This document shows, in pieces, positions 10,143-19,191 of a stretch of DNA of 41,969 nucleotides. Position 1 is the first letter of the stretch, and each line of letters begins with the position of its first letter. This DNA is from Ignavibacteriota bacterium (GTDB lineage Bacteria > Bacteroidota > Ignavibacteria > UBA10030 > CAVZMI01). The translations under genes were made by a program, and so were the position numbers. The stretch is from NCBI GenBank assembly GCA_963776275.1, contig CAVZMI010000002.1, positions 1 through 41,969 of the forward strand. Reading direction: 5' to 3'. The notes beneath the pieces are model-generated. The model had not been told where the DNA came from. It made no database searches and was given only the letters and a program-made list of their open reading frames with translations.

Positions 10143-12065
10143 TCAATTAGTTCTACTTGTACATAAGTCATTATTCATATCCCAACCACTTCTATGCAGT
10201 GCTTCTTCTTGACCGGAAATACTATCTCGATGAACCGCAACACAAAGAAGATGGGATGGACGTGACATTCCCACGAATGCCATTTTGAGATTTTTCATTA
10301 TCGTTGGTTTTGTTGGTAAGGTATACTCACCCTTCATGTAATTCATTATTCTCTTTATGTCATAATCACGAAAGAAAGTTTCGAGGTAGCACGTTGCAGT
10401 ATGCGTTTCACCTTTAACTCCGTGAATAATCGAAACTTCTATTTCAATCTCGGTTGATCCAGAAGAATATTTGTACATATTATTGCTATGCAAGACTTCT
10501 TCATTATCCGCTTCCAAATCGGAAGAATTGATAAAATTTGTAAGCTCAGCATTCACCTGATAATTGAAAAAATCCCTAAATTCACTTGTTAAAAAAATTT
10601 TTATTTCGTCAAAAACTTCTTTTTTTCTGTGTATCTGCAAACACCATTTAACCAGCCTAACCCGAAAATCCTTGTAAAAATCCGGGTTGTTTTCTGAGAT
10701 GTATCTATGCAGTTTTTTATCTGTGAACGCCCTATCGTTGTCAGTAATTTCGGAAATTCTTAAACACTTTAAGAAAGCCTCAACTAATCTCTTCTTGTAA
10801 AAATTAATCCCTTTAGAAGAAATAAAACTATCAGGTTGTGGAGTTAAATAACTTTTCAGATTGCTAAATTCAGTTCTTTTAACTTTTATTTCTTTGGAGT
10901 AGCCGTCCCAGTAGCTTGGTATGGTTCTTTTTCCGTCATGCGGTTTACCTCGCCAACCAACTGCTTTAAATATCCTTTTCTCAAGTTGATGAAGATTATT
11001 TCTAATAATAATTTCGCCGTATTTATTTAGAACTTGCTGAACAGTGTTATCGTCATAAACAATGATCACAGGAGTAATTTCATTTTGTCTTCCATTTCCT
11101 GTTATAGTCTGTCGACAAACACAAAGGTTTTCCACTTTGCTTGCTATAGAGCTTGGGAATCTTTTACTGCCTGTAATACACATAGTTCTGTTATTATTTA
11201 CTCTCCATCCGCATTCCGAATCAGCGTCATAGTCAAATATTGATTGATTTAAATCACCTATTTTTTGGACAACTACATTATCATTAAATGTCTCATTTAG
11301 AAGTGCAGATTGGGTGGTACTGGAGTCTTGCATTTCATCAATAAAAACATAGGAAAATCTTTTTGAAAATAAATTTCTCAAATTAGGGTACTTTATGATA
11401 TATTCTGCTGCTAAGAAATATGCATCATCATAGCTCAGTATCCCATCCAAAAGTATCTGCTTTTTTAAACATAGTAACTTATCATATAACAATTTTTGAG
11501 TTGTATCATTCGAATCTAAATTAAGGTTTTGACAGACACCATTATTATCTAGTGCAAAATCTTCAAATTTGAGTGAATAAGGATAATTTTTTTGTCCACT
11601 TTTATAACAAAAAGCATTTGTTTTTTTACCCAAATATTTTCTCAATCTTTCCATCTTATCAAAATAAATTTCATTGTTTATAAATAATGGTCTTCGGTTG
11701 AAGCTATTAATATAAGCGGGTATCGCCAGATATTTATCCACGAAACTTTGAATTGTTCCAAAGTGATTTGGGTAATTAAAGAGTTTTTGAGAAGCAAAGG
11801 AAGCGTTATTTTTTATTTCATTTATAGCTACATTCGTGTGAGTTAATACACAAATACCACTATTGTTTTCAAGCGGCATTCTCTGAGATAAAATCAACAA
11901 CTTGGCAAGTAAAGCCGTTGTTTTACCACTACCAGGACATGCAAGAATATCTTTGGTGTCAAAACACCTTATTACTGCCTTCTGCTTATCATCGAAATGT
12001 TCTCCGGTCGGTAAAAGAATACTTTCCGCCCAAGTAATATCGTCATTGGTAATGATTATACTCAC
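10143..12065 (-). CDS. gajB: UvrD-like SF1 helicase, Gabija GajB-type
   Basis: ACPGSGKTT (Walker A), LTHTNVA, GTIQSF, FIDEMQD, IGDLNQSIF, IHGVKGETH, FVGMSRP. Starts 3 bp after the OLD-family nuclease gene and is AT-rich. Confidence 0.8.
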   Translation of the reverse strand: MSIIITNDDITWAESILLPTGEHFDDKQKAVIRCFDTKDILACPGSGKTTALLAKLLILSQRMPLENNSGICVLTHTNVAINEIKNNASFASQKLFNYPNHFGTIQSFVDKYLAIPAYINSFNRRPLFINNEIYFDKMERLRKYLGKKTNAFCYKSGQKNYPYSLKFEDFALDNNGVCQNLNLDSNDTTQKLLYDKLLCLKKQILLDGILSYDDAYFLAAEYIIKYPNLRNLFSKRFSYVFIDEMQDSSTTQSALLNETFNDNVVVQKIGDLNQSIFDYDADSECGWRVNNNRTMCITGSKRFPSSIASKVENLCVCRQTITGNGRQNEITPVIIVYDDNTVQQVLNKYGEIIIRNNLHQLEKRIFKAVGWRGKPHDGKRTIPSYWDGYSKEIKVKRTEFSNLKSYLTPQPDSFISSKGINFYKKRLVEAFLKCLRISEITDNDRAFTDKKLHRYISENNPDFYKDFRVRLVKWCLQIHRKKEVFDEIKIFLTSEFRDFFNYQVNAELTNFINSSDLEADNEEVLHSNNMYKYSSGSTEIEIEVSIIHGVKGETHTATCYLETFFRDYDIKRIMNYMKGEYTLPTKPTIMKNLKMAFVGMSRPSHLLCVAVHRDSISGQEEALHRSGWDMNNDLCTSRTN

Positions 12066-12068
12066 TGG

Positions 12069-13931
12069 TCATTCCGTAACATATTTAACTGCATTCACGA
12101 GATATTTTAATTTTTCGTCGCCATCAATCCGTTCTTTTATTCCCCTACATTCTTTAAGCAAAGCAGCGAAACACTGAGCAACGATTGCCTTGGAAATATT
12201 TTTATTCAGCATATAATCTTCATAAATCGCTTTTGCAATTTCTTCCTCTGTTTTATGCTCGGAAGTCCAAGTAGTAAAATCAGTCTCAACCTTTTGTTGT
12301 ACTTCTATGATTTTTTCAGGTGTCAGACCGTAAGTATCACTATTTTGGATTTTTTCTGCTCGCAATACGGCAGTATAAAATTCTTTCTTAAGTCCACTCA
12401 AAACAATATCATATTCCAAAGTCCAAACTGGCGAAATGAAAGTCTTTATATCTTGCCCATTGTATTTCGCTTCTTTCTCTGTTCTTTTTTTGTTAATCTG
12501 CTCTTGTGTAAGTCTTGAATCGGGTTTGATGTCGTTATCTGTTATCACAGCTACCTTAACACCCATTCCTTCGCCTGAGCTTCTTTTAAAAATTTTTGAA
12601 TACCTTAAAAAAGCTGTGCTTTGAACATTCACGACCGATACACCATGCTTAATAAGTGACTTATCAAATAAATCTGCTATGATCGGAACCAAAATATTTT
12701 CGGCATCACCTTCAACCAAAATAATCCCCTGTGCGAAGAATAAATTAGCCTTTGTAATATCTAAGAAGCGTTCCAAAAATAGATAATCTCCTTTTTCCAA
12801 TTCGGTAAAATCACTTCCCATTGGGAAAGCTTTGTCACTCTTGCAGATTATAAGATTATCAAGTTTAACTTTTGAAGCCAAATTCGGGCTATGGGTAGTC
12901 ATTATTAGTTGAACACCGGATTTATCCGCTATTTCATTCTGCAGATATTCGATTAATCTCAATTGTGCTTGTGGATGTAAATGAGCCTCAACTTCTTCAA
13001 TCAATGACAGTTTTAATCCATAATAGTTAGATCGTTTTAAGAGCAGCAATTCTGTAGCAATGTACAAACGGTTATAAGAACCTAATCCGGAATTTTCTTC
13101 AGACAAATTAAGAATTAGTTTTTCTAAAATACCTGATAAACTTTGACCTGAAATTGCGAATTTAGCGATTTTATTAATCTCTTTTTCCGTAAAAAACTCT
13201 TTCAAATATTCGTTTATATTTGATAGTAAGTTTTTCCCAGACTGATCTGGAAGATTATTATTGTTTTCATCTTTTCCTTTGAAGTAACCTTCGATTTGTT
13301 TATTCGCTTTTTCAGCAATTTTGGTTACCGTATGATCTGCCTCCGGAACAGAAGAAAATGCTTCATGACTTTTTAAAATTTGAGCTAATCGTGATCTTCT
13401 ACCGGGAATCAATTCGCTTTCCGCATCCCTGAGAGGTTTAAGGTATGTTACTCTTAGAAAGTCCCTTGCGACTCCATCAAGTTGAACTCCTTCGTTATCG
13501 GGGCCAGCTTTTATGTCATAACTAATTTTTCTATCCTTTCGTTCAGCGTTTAGAGTTACTTTGAGAAAATATTGGTCACACCCATCAATATTTTTTTCAA
13601 TACCAAGCCATTCTATAAAATTAGCAGCTTCATTATTTCCAGCATTAAAACCGCGAAATACACATTCTATCTTAATCGATTTTGCTCTATTTATATCAGT
13701 TGGTTCTAACCCCGGTTTTAGAAAAAAGTCTTCTTCTTCGAGCCGTTGATAATCATAACTCTGCGTTTGTAAAACGAACTTTATAGCATCAATAATAGCT
13801 GTTTTACCTGAATCGTTTTCACCAACAAGTAAATTTAAACCCTTGTTAAACTTCAAATGTAATCCAGGAGTATCGTCTCCACCTGAGCCGTATTTTCTAA
13901 AGTTCCATATCTTTAATTCTGATAAAAACAT
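12069..13931 (-). CDS. gajA: OLD-family ATP-dependent TOPRIM endonuclease, Gabija GajA-type
   Basis: LKIWNFRKY, LLVGENDSGKT (Walker A), YLKPLRDA, GLGSYN, LIEEVEAHLHPQAQ, TTHSP, FFAQGIILVEGDAE (TOPRIM E), ITDND (DxD), TLEYD. Confidence 0.85.
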   Translation of the reverse strand: MFLSELKIWNFRKYGSGGDDTPGLHLKFNKGLNLLVGENDSGKTAIIDAIKFVLQTQSYDYQRLEEEDFFLKPGLEPTDINRAKSIKIECVFRGFNAGNNEAANFIEWLGIEKNIDGCDQYFLKVTLNAERKDRKISYDIKAGPDNEGVQLDGVARDFLRVTYLKPLRDAESELIPGRRSRLAQILKSHEAFSSVPEADHTVTKIAEKANKQIEGYFKGKDENNNNLPDQSGKNLLSNINEYLKEFFTEKEINKIAKFAISGQSLSGILEKLILNLSEENSGLGSYNRLYIATELLLLKRSNYYGLKLSLIEEVEAHLHPQAQLRLIEYLQNEIADKSGVQLIMTTHSPNLASKVKLDNLIICKSDKAFPMGSDFTELEKGDYLFLERFLDITKANLFFAQGIILVEGDAENILVPIIADLFDKSLIKHGVSVVNVQSTAFLRYSKIFKRSSGEGMGVKVAVITDNDIKPDSRLTQEQINKKRTEKEAKYNGQDIKTFISPVWTLEYDIVLSGLKKEFYTAVLRAEKIQNSDTYGLTPEKIIEVQQKVETDFTTWTSEHKTEEEIAKAIYEDYMLNKNISKAIVAQCFAALLKECRGIKERIDGDEKLKYLVNAVKYVTE

Positions 13932-13987
13932 AATAGCAAATTGATCCTTTTTGTGAGTTTACTTTTCTATATTCTTTAAGATGCCTA

Positions 13988-14123
13988 TGAATGTCTCCCC
14001 GCTTCCCGTTACACCGAGAAGCGTCTAGTATGTATCGCCGCGCAGAACTCCATCGGTGAGCTGCTTTATCGCATCAGGCTGATCGCCGCTCGGTATGAAA
14101 TCTGAAACCAGATGAAATGCCAT
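13988..14123 (-). pseudogene. uvrB: Orphan duplicated 5' end of uvrB (first 45 codons)
   Basis: Ungapped match to 9887-10022 with 116/136 identities by manual count. Translates [44 protein letters not shown]. Confidence 0.92.
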
Positions 14124-14148
14124 CAGTATCCCCAAGATTCAATCTATA

Positions 14149-14177
14149 AATCTATCTACTTTACTTTTCAAAAGCAA
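14149..14177 (-). promoter_or_regulatory. Putative sigma70 promoter upstream of the uvrB remnant, reading toward gajA
   Basis: Minus strand TTGCTT-17 nt-TAGATT. Confidence 0.5.
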
Positions 14178-14282
14178 AACTTGACTTTCATGGTTTTGGT
14201 ATCAATATTTCAAATGAAACAGGTTGTTCTCAAAGGAATGCCCTATTTTCATCCGCGTTCTACCGATTGGGAAGGAGCTGGA

Positions 14283-14970
14283 ATGAACAAAGGCAACACA
14301 AAAGCAGTCAGAATATTCGTTTATATCATCATTATACTATCAGCGATTTACAATCAAGTATCATTCCCAAATCGTTATCTTGATGGTAAAACACACATAG
14401 GAAGAAGTATAGATTTTATGATCTACGTGGAAGCTGCAAAGACAAATTCTGTTGAAATTTCTCAGATGAGTGGAGAAGGTAAGTACTGGGGTTGGTTATA
14501 TCCGTACTGGGTAAGAAAGCTTTGGATACCTTTTACATGGATAGATTTTAAGACGGGCTTTTTTATTTGGATGGTAATTCTTACTACAAGCTATTTGTAC
14601 CTATCTAAGAGAATTATGGAGCATGATTATGGATTTTTATTCGCGCTTGCAGGGATTAAGCCGTTCTTGTGTAGTCTCGAAGCTGGTAGTATCCTACCGA
14701 TTTTGGCGGTTGCAATGCTCACACCAATCGGGACTCTACTGGCTGGTTCTATCAAGTATTGGCCTTTTGGTTTTCTTGGTATCCATTTCGGTTTATGGGT
14801 TACCGACAGGAGTAAAAGGCGATCCTTTATCGTACCTATTCCGAAAGAATGAATTGCTTTACGTCATCACGACACTTGTGATGATAAAAAGTAGAATACC
14901 AGAGAAATCATTTGCTTTGTTGGGGCTTATATTTTTACTCTACACGACTTTTTTCATTCATGTTTGGTAA
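14283..14970 (+). CDS. GT87/DUF2029-like membrane glycosyltransferase (probable frameshift in the T run near 14765)
   Basis: GAAGGAG RBS before ATG 14283. DFMIYVEAAK...WLYPYW..LWIPFTWI resembles the DF..Y..A / YPP pattern. Removing one T gives IKYWPLVFL and joins the hydrophobic tail of ORF 14623-14970, about 228 aa. Confidence 0.5.
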
Positions 14971-15330
14971 ACTTATAATACGAAGTGATATCATGAATTC
15001 GCTTCAATGAAGCGACAAATACCGGTATCTCGTAATTACGGCGGAGAATAAGCGTATCCGGAAAGATCTCGGCACTCAGGATAAATATATTACGAAAATA
15101 AAAGCCCGGAACATGGAGCGCGAGCTTGGGACTGTTGGATTCAATTCATCAACAGCGACAGTATAACAGTCCCTTTAGATTACCTACCGTGCTCTCAAAA
15201 GAATGTAATGCGGACGAATTACACAAATAGTACTATAGAAGATGATGCGAAAATATTTGGAAGCTGTAAAAGAAAAGCTTACAACCCGTTAGAATACTTT
15301 AGAATAAAAACTAAAACCTCTTAATTTTTG

Positions 15331-15437
15331 TGGAGCTAAGGGGGATCTCCGCCGAAGGCGCCAGCCCGCCTCACACGGCCAATTAAGGCTGGCGGGGATG
15401 CGCCTGCGGCGCAGAACCCTTCTCCTCGTTAGAATGC
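15331..15437 (-). pseudogene. Degenerate tRNA-Ala 3'-end duplicate (att-like scar) interrupted by a 66-bp nested palindrome
   Basis: Removing 15348-15413 gives minus-strand AGGGTTCGATCCCCCTTAGCTCCA, a T-arm plus acceptor end, continuing into a decayed cctcg..gaatgc match to the intact tRNA. Confidence 0.7.
15348..15413 (-). repeat. Nested REP-like insert: double hairpin TGCGCC-GCA-GGCGCA / TCCGCC-TTC-GGCGGA split by a 35-36-bp CCGCC...GGCGGGCTGG element
   Basis: Read directly from the minus strand. Inner element 15361-15395 aligns without gaps to 17543-17577 and 29443-29477. Confidence 0.7.
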
Positions 15438-15470
15438 GTTAGAATGAACTTTAAAAACTGCCCTTTTTAG

Positions 15471-15543
15471 TGGAGCCAGCGGGGTTTGAACCCGCGACCT
15501 CGTGAATGCCATTCACGCGCTCTCCCAGCTGAGCTATAGCCCC
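15471..15543 (-). tRNA. tRNA-Ala (anticodon GGC), CCA not encoded
   Basis: GGGGCTATAGCTCAGCTGGGAGAGCGCGTGAATGGCATTCACGAGGTCGCGGGTTCAAACCCCGCTGGCTCCA folds as a cloverleaf with the G3:U70 alanine identity pair. Confidence 0.97.
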
Positions 15544-15555
15544 GATTTATACATA

Positions 15556-15584
15556 AATATAGCCGAAGCAGGATTTAAAGTCAA
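15556..15584 (-). promoter_or_regulatory. sigma70 promoter of tRNA-Ala
   Basis: Minus strand TTGACT-17 nt-TATATT, ending 12 nt before the tRNA. Confidence 0.7.
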
Positions 15585-15606
15585 TAACTACATTTTCTAA
15601 CGTTTT

Positions 15607-17184
15607 TCATTGCGACTTTTGAGATGCACGATATTTTTCAAGTAAATAATCATCCGCACCCGTATTCATCAACCATATTTCCTTTAACCTATCAAGACTG
15701 AAAATATCCCCACGGATGATCGTCCGCAATTTTCTATAATATATTGTAAGATCCGGATCTTTGATTGCAATTGTATCGGTAAGTATCGACTCCGGATATC
15801 CATCGGGAAGTCTTCTTCTATAATGACCGATTTGCCAATCTCTGCCAGCAGGCAATCGCGCCAGGAGCGGATCCGTTAAAGACCAGCGGTCGACAATATA
15901 AACTCCCGGCCCTGCAGCATAACCAAAAAATCCGATCGAATGCCGAATAACCAGAGGCACTTTATTCTCCCCCGCCTCTCTACCGGAGATAATCCATGGA
16001 TGCTGAGGAACTTGAAAACCTCGAATCTTTTTTTCCATACTTGTATAAGGATAATACGATGCTCTCTCGTCATAAATATTATCTTTTGTCCTTGACGAAT
16101 ACTCAATGCCATAGTTAGTTTTACTGAAGATAGTTGGGTGTGGTGAAACCAATCCCGCAATTACTACAACCAGACCTGATATGCAGACGCGCCAGTAAGA
16201 TGTAAATCCTATCCCCATGATAATAACGACTGAAGCCATGAGCGGTGGTGTAAAAAACCGGCCGCTCATAAAGTCACCGCCGATCTTCGCAACATAGATA
16301 CAATACAGGAGAACTCCCACACTCAGGGGTATATATTCTTTCCGTCTGACTATAATGGGGAAAATCATCCCACTGCAGATTACTATCAGTGTGACCGGAT
16401 CGTTCAGAAATGAATTCAAAAAATATCGGAACCCCTGAACCAATAACTCACTGTCGGTTATTCCGGCACCGAGTTTAGCGTAAGCTGTGTTCGGGAACGG
16501 GAAACCGTAGTACATAATTGAAAATAATTCCCACAGTATAAATGGGAGACTCCCGATAAACGCAATCAAAATTCCTCTCGGACTTCGCTCCTTCCACAAT
16601 GCATAGAGAATTGCCGAACCGTACAGCAGTACCGTATCCATCCGCGTCAGAATCCCCAACGACCCGACCAATGACAATAGAAATATTTTCTTACTGCCCC
16701 ATTCCTCGCGTATGTACACTATCCCAAATACCACAATTATTAAATGCGAAAGCGCGTTCTCCAAACCCGATGTCGAAAAATCGATGTATGCTTTGGAAAA
16801 TATCAATACGAGCAGTCCTAAGATGGAGTAGTAACGAAAATCCAATTGCCCCGATCCGGCTGAGCGTGACACTCGCGTGAAAAGCAATACTACCGTGAGT
16901 ATCGAAATTACAATCGATGTGATAATGCTGGTAAAATATATCTCATGGGTTATTGAATAAAGTCCGGCCAGCAGAAACATCCATAACGGATGGGTGTAGG
17001 ACTGCACTCGCTCTATTACATTCCATCTCAATCCGTATCCCTTCATGAAATTATCTATCGTGCGAAATGTTATGTAGGCATCATCGCACAACCATCCGGT
17101 ACGAAATAGAAGCAAAGAAAAGATTGTAGTAAGAAGAAGGAGGGAAATCAGCAGTACTCTATCTGTCAATCGGGGAATTTCCAT
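15607..17184 (-). CDS. GT-C-fold multi-pass membrane glycosyltransferase (AftB-like)
   Basis: WLCDDAYITFR..DNF..GYGLRWN..ERVQSYTHPLW, TSGLEN, TRMD, YYGFPFPNTAYAK, GGDFMSGRF, LTDPLLARLP, IGHY. About 10 hydrophobic segments. Confidence 0.75.
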   Translation of the reverse strand: MEIPRLTDRVLLISLLLLTTIFSLLLFRTGWLCDDAYITFRTIDNFMKGYGLRWNVIERVQSYTHPLWMFLLAGLYSITHEIYFTSIITSIVISILTVVLLFTRVSRSAGSGQLDFRYYSILGLLVLIFSKAYIDFSTSGLENALSHLIIVVFGIVYIREEWGSKKIFLLSLVGSLGILTRMDTVLLYGSAILYALWKERSPRGILIAFIGSLPFILWELFSIMYYGFPFPNTAYAKLGAGITDSELLVQGFRYFLNSFLNDPVTLIVICSGMIFPIIVRRKEYIPLSVGVLLYCIYVAKIGGDFMSGRFFTPPLMASVVIIMGIGFTSYWRVCISGLVVVIAGLVSPHPTIFSKTNYGIEYSSRTKDNIYDERASYYPYTSMEKKIRGFQVPQHPWIISGREAGENKVPLVIRHSIGFFGYAAGPGVYIVDRWSLTDPLLARLPAGRDWQIGHYRRRLPDGYPESILTDTIAIKDPDLTIYYRKLRTIIRGDIFSLDRLKEIWLMNTGADDYLLEKYRASQKSQ

Positions 17185-17542
17185 CGTCCGTTATTATGTT
17201 ATAATATTGTGGACAAGTCAAATGAAATATTAATTTTAAGGAAAAAGGAAAAATTAAAAAGTAAAAAAGGGACAAAAATCCTTTTCCGAATTATTCCACA
17301 CTTTTCAATTCTATCCCTTTGTCTCGCTTCGTCCGGCGAGATGTGCTCATCCAGACACAAGACATAGGAACTAGTTCGCGATAAATCCCTCAATGAACCA
17401 GAATATACTTTTCCCTCAGACAAAGCTATTGAACCGTTTATTCTCGGACAGTAATACTATGATAATGGGAAATATATAAAATAGTCAATTGGAAATCATT
17501 ATTATTTTCATTATGTTTTTTTATTGCGCCAGAGGTGTATCC

Positions 17543-17577
17543 CCGCCTGCCACTTGAGGTTCTTTGAGGCAGGCTGG
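17543..17577 (+). repeat. 35-bp CCGCC...GGCAGGCTGG REP-like element in the nucleotidase leader
   Basis: CCGCCTGCCACTTGAGGTTCTTTGAGGCAGGCTGG has a GCCTGCC/GGCAGGC stem and is 23/35 identical without gaps to 15361-15395 (reverse). Confidence 0.6.
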
Positions 17578-17606
17578 ATCCTATGGCTGAACATCATTGA
17601 GGTGTT

Positions 17607-19139
17607 ATGAGTGCTCGTATATTGGCAGTGATTGCATGTGCAGGGGCTATATTCTGCAATAATATCCTGGCACAGCGCAGGGCTTCGCTTACAATTCTTC
17701 ATTATAACGATTTCCACGCACAATATCTGCCGCTGAAAGTCTCGAGGGCCGATTCAACGGGTAAGGTTACAAAGTACGACGTTGGCGGCGCAGCAACATT
17801 CAAAGCATTCTTGAATGCATTGTCGAAGTCGGACACCAATGCGTTTATTTTGAATGCTGGGGATAATTTTCAGGGTTCGCCTGTTTCCTCAATCACACGT
17901 GGAGACGCCGATATTACAATGATGAATCTGCTGTCTCCAGATGTGACGACACTTGGAAATCATGAATTCGATTATTCGATAGATACGCTGAGGGTTCGAC
18001 TCCAAAAACTCCTCGTACCCATCGTCTCTGGAAATCTATGGGATACGAAATATGGAAAATCGTTTGTCCCCTCGACAATCGTGAAAACCGTCGGCAATGT
18101 AAAAATCGGGATTATAGGGCTCGCTCCTCCTGACCTGGCGAGATTGACAATGCGCAAGAATATTCGTGGATTGAAGGTGCTCAACTTGCTGAAAACGGTA
18201 AAAAATTCAATCCACGAACTTCGGTTAAAAGAGAAGCCGAATTTGATTGTTGTTCTCAGCCACATGGGCGTACCGATGGATTCGGTTCTTGCAACAAAGG
18301 AAAAAGACATCGATATTATTATAGGCGGTCACTCACATACCGCGTTGTTTGTACCCAAAAAGGTCAATCATACCGTCATTTGTCAGGCAGGCGTGAACAG
18401 CCGGTTTCTCGGTGAATTGCGGTTGGAGGTTGATCTCGATGGGGATTCACTGCTAACCTACTCAGGACGTTCTGTCGAAACGGTGAACGGCGTCTATCCT
18501 GCGGATACCAAAGTCGCTGCCGTAGTGGATTCTCTCGAAAGCATCGTAGGCCCGGCACTTAATCGAGTCATCGGCACGCTGGCTGTCCGTTGGGAACGAA
18601 GATATAACCAGGAAAGCAATATCGGCAACTGGCATACCGATGCGATGAGAAGGTTCGGAAAGACCGATATTGCATTTCTTAATTCCGGTAGTTTGCGGAA
18701 AGATATGGATCCCGGAGCTATACGCATTCGCGATATCTGGGAAATCGATACATTCGGTAACGAGCTTGACACTTTTGAGGTCACCGGATCTCAGCTCCGC
18801 GAAATGCTCGAATGGCAGGTGTCTGACAAAAAGGAATTGTTGCAAGTCTCCGGACTCGCATACACCTTCGATGGAAGGAAACCCGAAGGTCACCGGTTGA
18901 TATCGGCACTGGTTAATGAAAAACCGATCGATCTGCGTCGGCAATATTCGATCACAGTGAACAGTTTTACTGCAGATCATTTGCACGACTATTTCGGACT
19001 GCCGGAAACGAATATTAATATACATCATTGCGGAACCGCTGACAGGGATATTTTCGTTCAAGAAGTAGAACGGCAGAAGATTATTACAAGCGCAGTAGAA
19101 GGCCGAATCGCCAATATCAATCCGGGATTTGCACACTGA
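17607..19139 (+). CDS. Secreted bifunctional 5'-nucleotidase / UDP-sugar hydrolase (UshA-like)
   Basis: Signal peptide. Metallophosphoesterase motifs HYNDFH, NAGD, GNHEFD, LSHMG, GGHSH. C-terminal ESNIGNW.TDAMR, NSGSLR, FGN, LQVSGL. Confidence 0.92.
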   Translation: MSARILAVIACAGAIFCNNILAQRRASLTILHYNDFHAQYLPLKVSRADSTGKVTKYDVGGAATFKAFLNALSKSDTNAFILNAGDNFQGSPVSSITRGDADITMMNLLSPDVTTLGNHEFDYSIDTLRVRLQKLLVPIVSGNLWDTKYGKSFVPSTIVKTVGNVKIGIIGLAPPDLARLTMRKNIRGLKVLNLLKTVKNSIHELRLKEKPNLIVVLSHMGVPMDSVLATKEKDIDIIIGGHSHTALFVPKKVNHTVICQAGVNSRFLGELRLEVDLDGDSLLTYSGRSVETVNGVYPADTKVAAVVDSLESIVGPALNRVIGTLAVRWERRYNQESNIGNWHTDAMRRFGKTDIAFLNSGSLRKDMDPGAIRIRDIWEIDTFGNELDTFEVTGSQLREMLEWQVSDKKELLQVSGLAYTFDGRKPEGHRLISALVNEKPIDLRRQYSITVNSFTADHLHDYFGLPETNINIHHCGTADRDIFVQEVERQKIITSAVEGRIANINPGFAH

Positions 19140-19191
19140 ACAAGTTGGATAGTATCTTATCACGTCTCATCGCATATTTGGGAGGGAAAGT

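Larger units (their letters stand above)
10023..13987. mobile_element. AT-rich defence islet (gajA-gajB) bounded by duplicated uvrB 5' ends
   Basis: Visibly lower GC than uvrB. Flanked by 9887-10022 and its diverged copy 13988-14123. No integrase inside. Confidence 0.7.

Noticed and set aside
14124-14200. LexA box at the displaced uvrB promoter
   Set aside because: No palindrome matching a LexA box I know is visible, so damage inducibility remains a hypothesis only.
17528-17587. Riboswitch in the 5'-nucleotidase leader
   Set aside because: No recognisable purine or other riboswitch consensus. The core hairpin is explained by the 35-bp repeat family.
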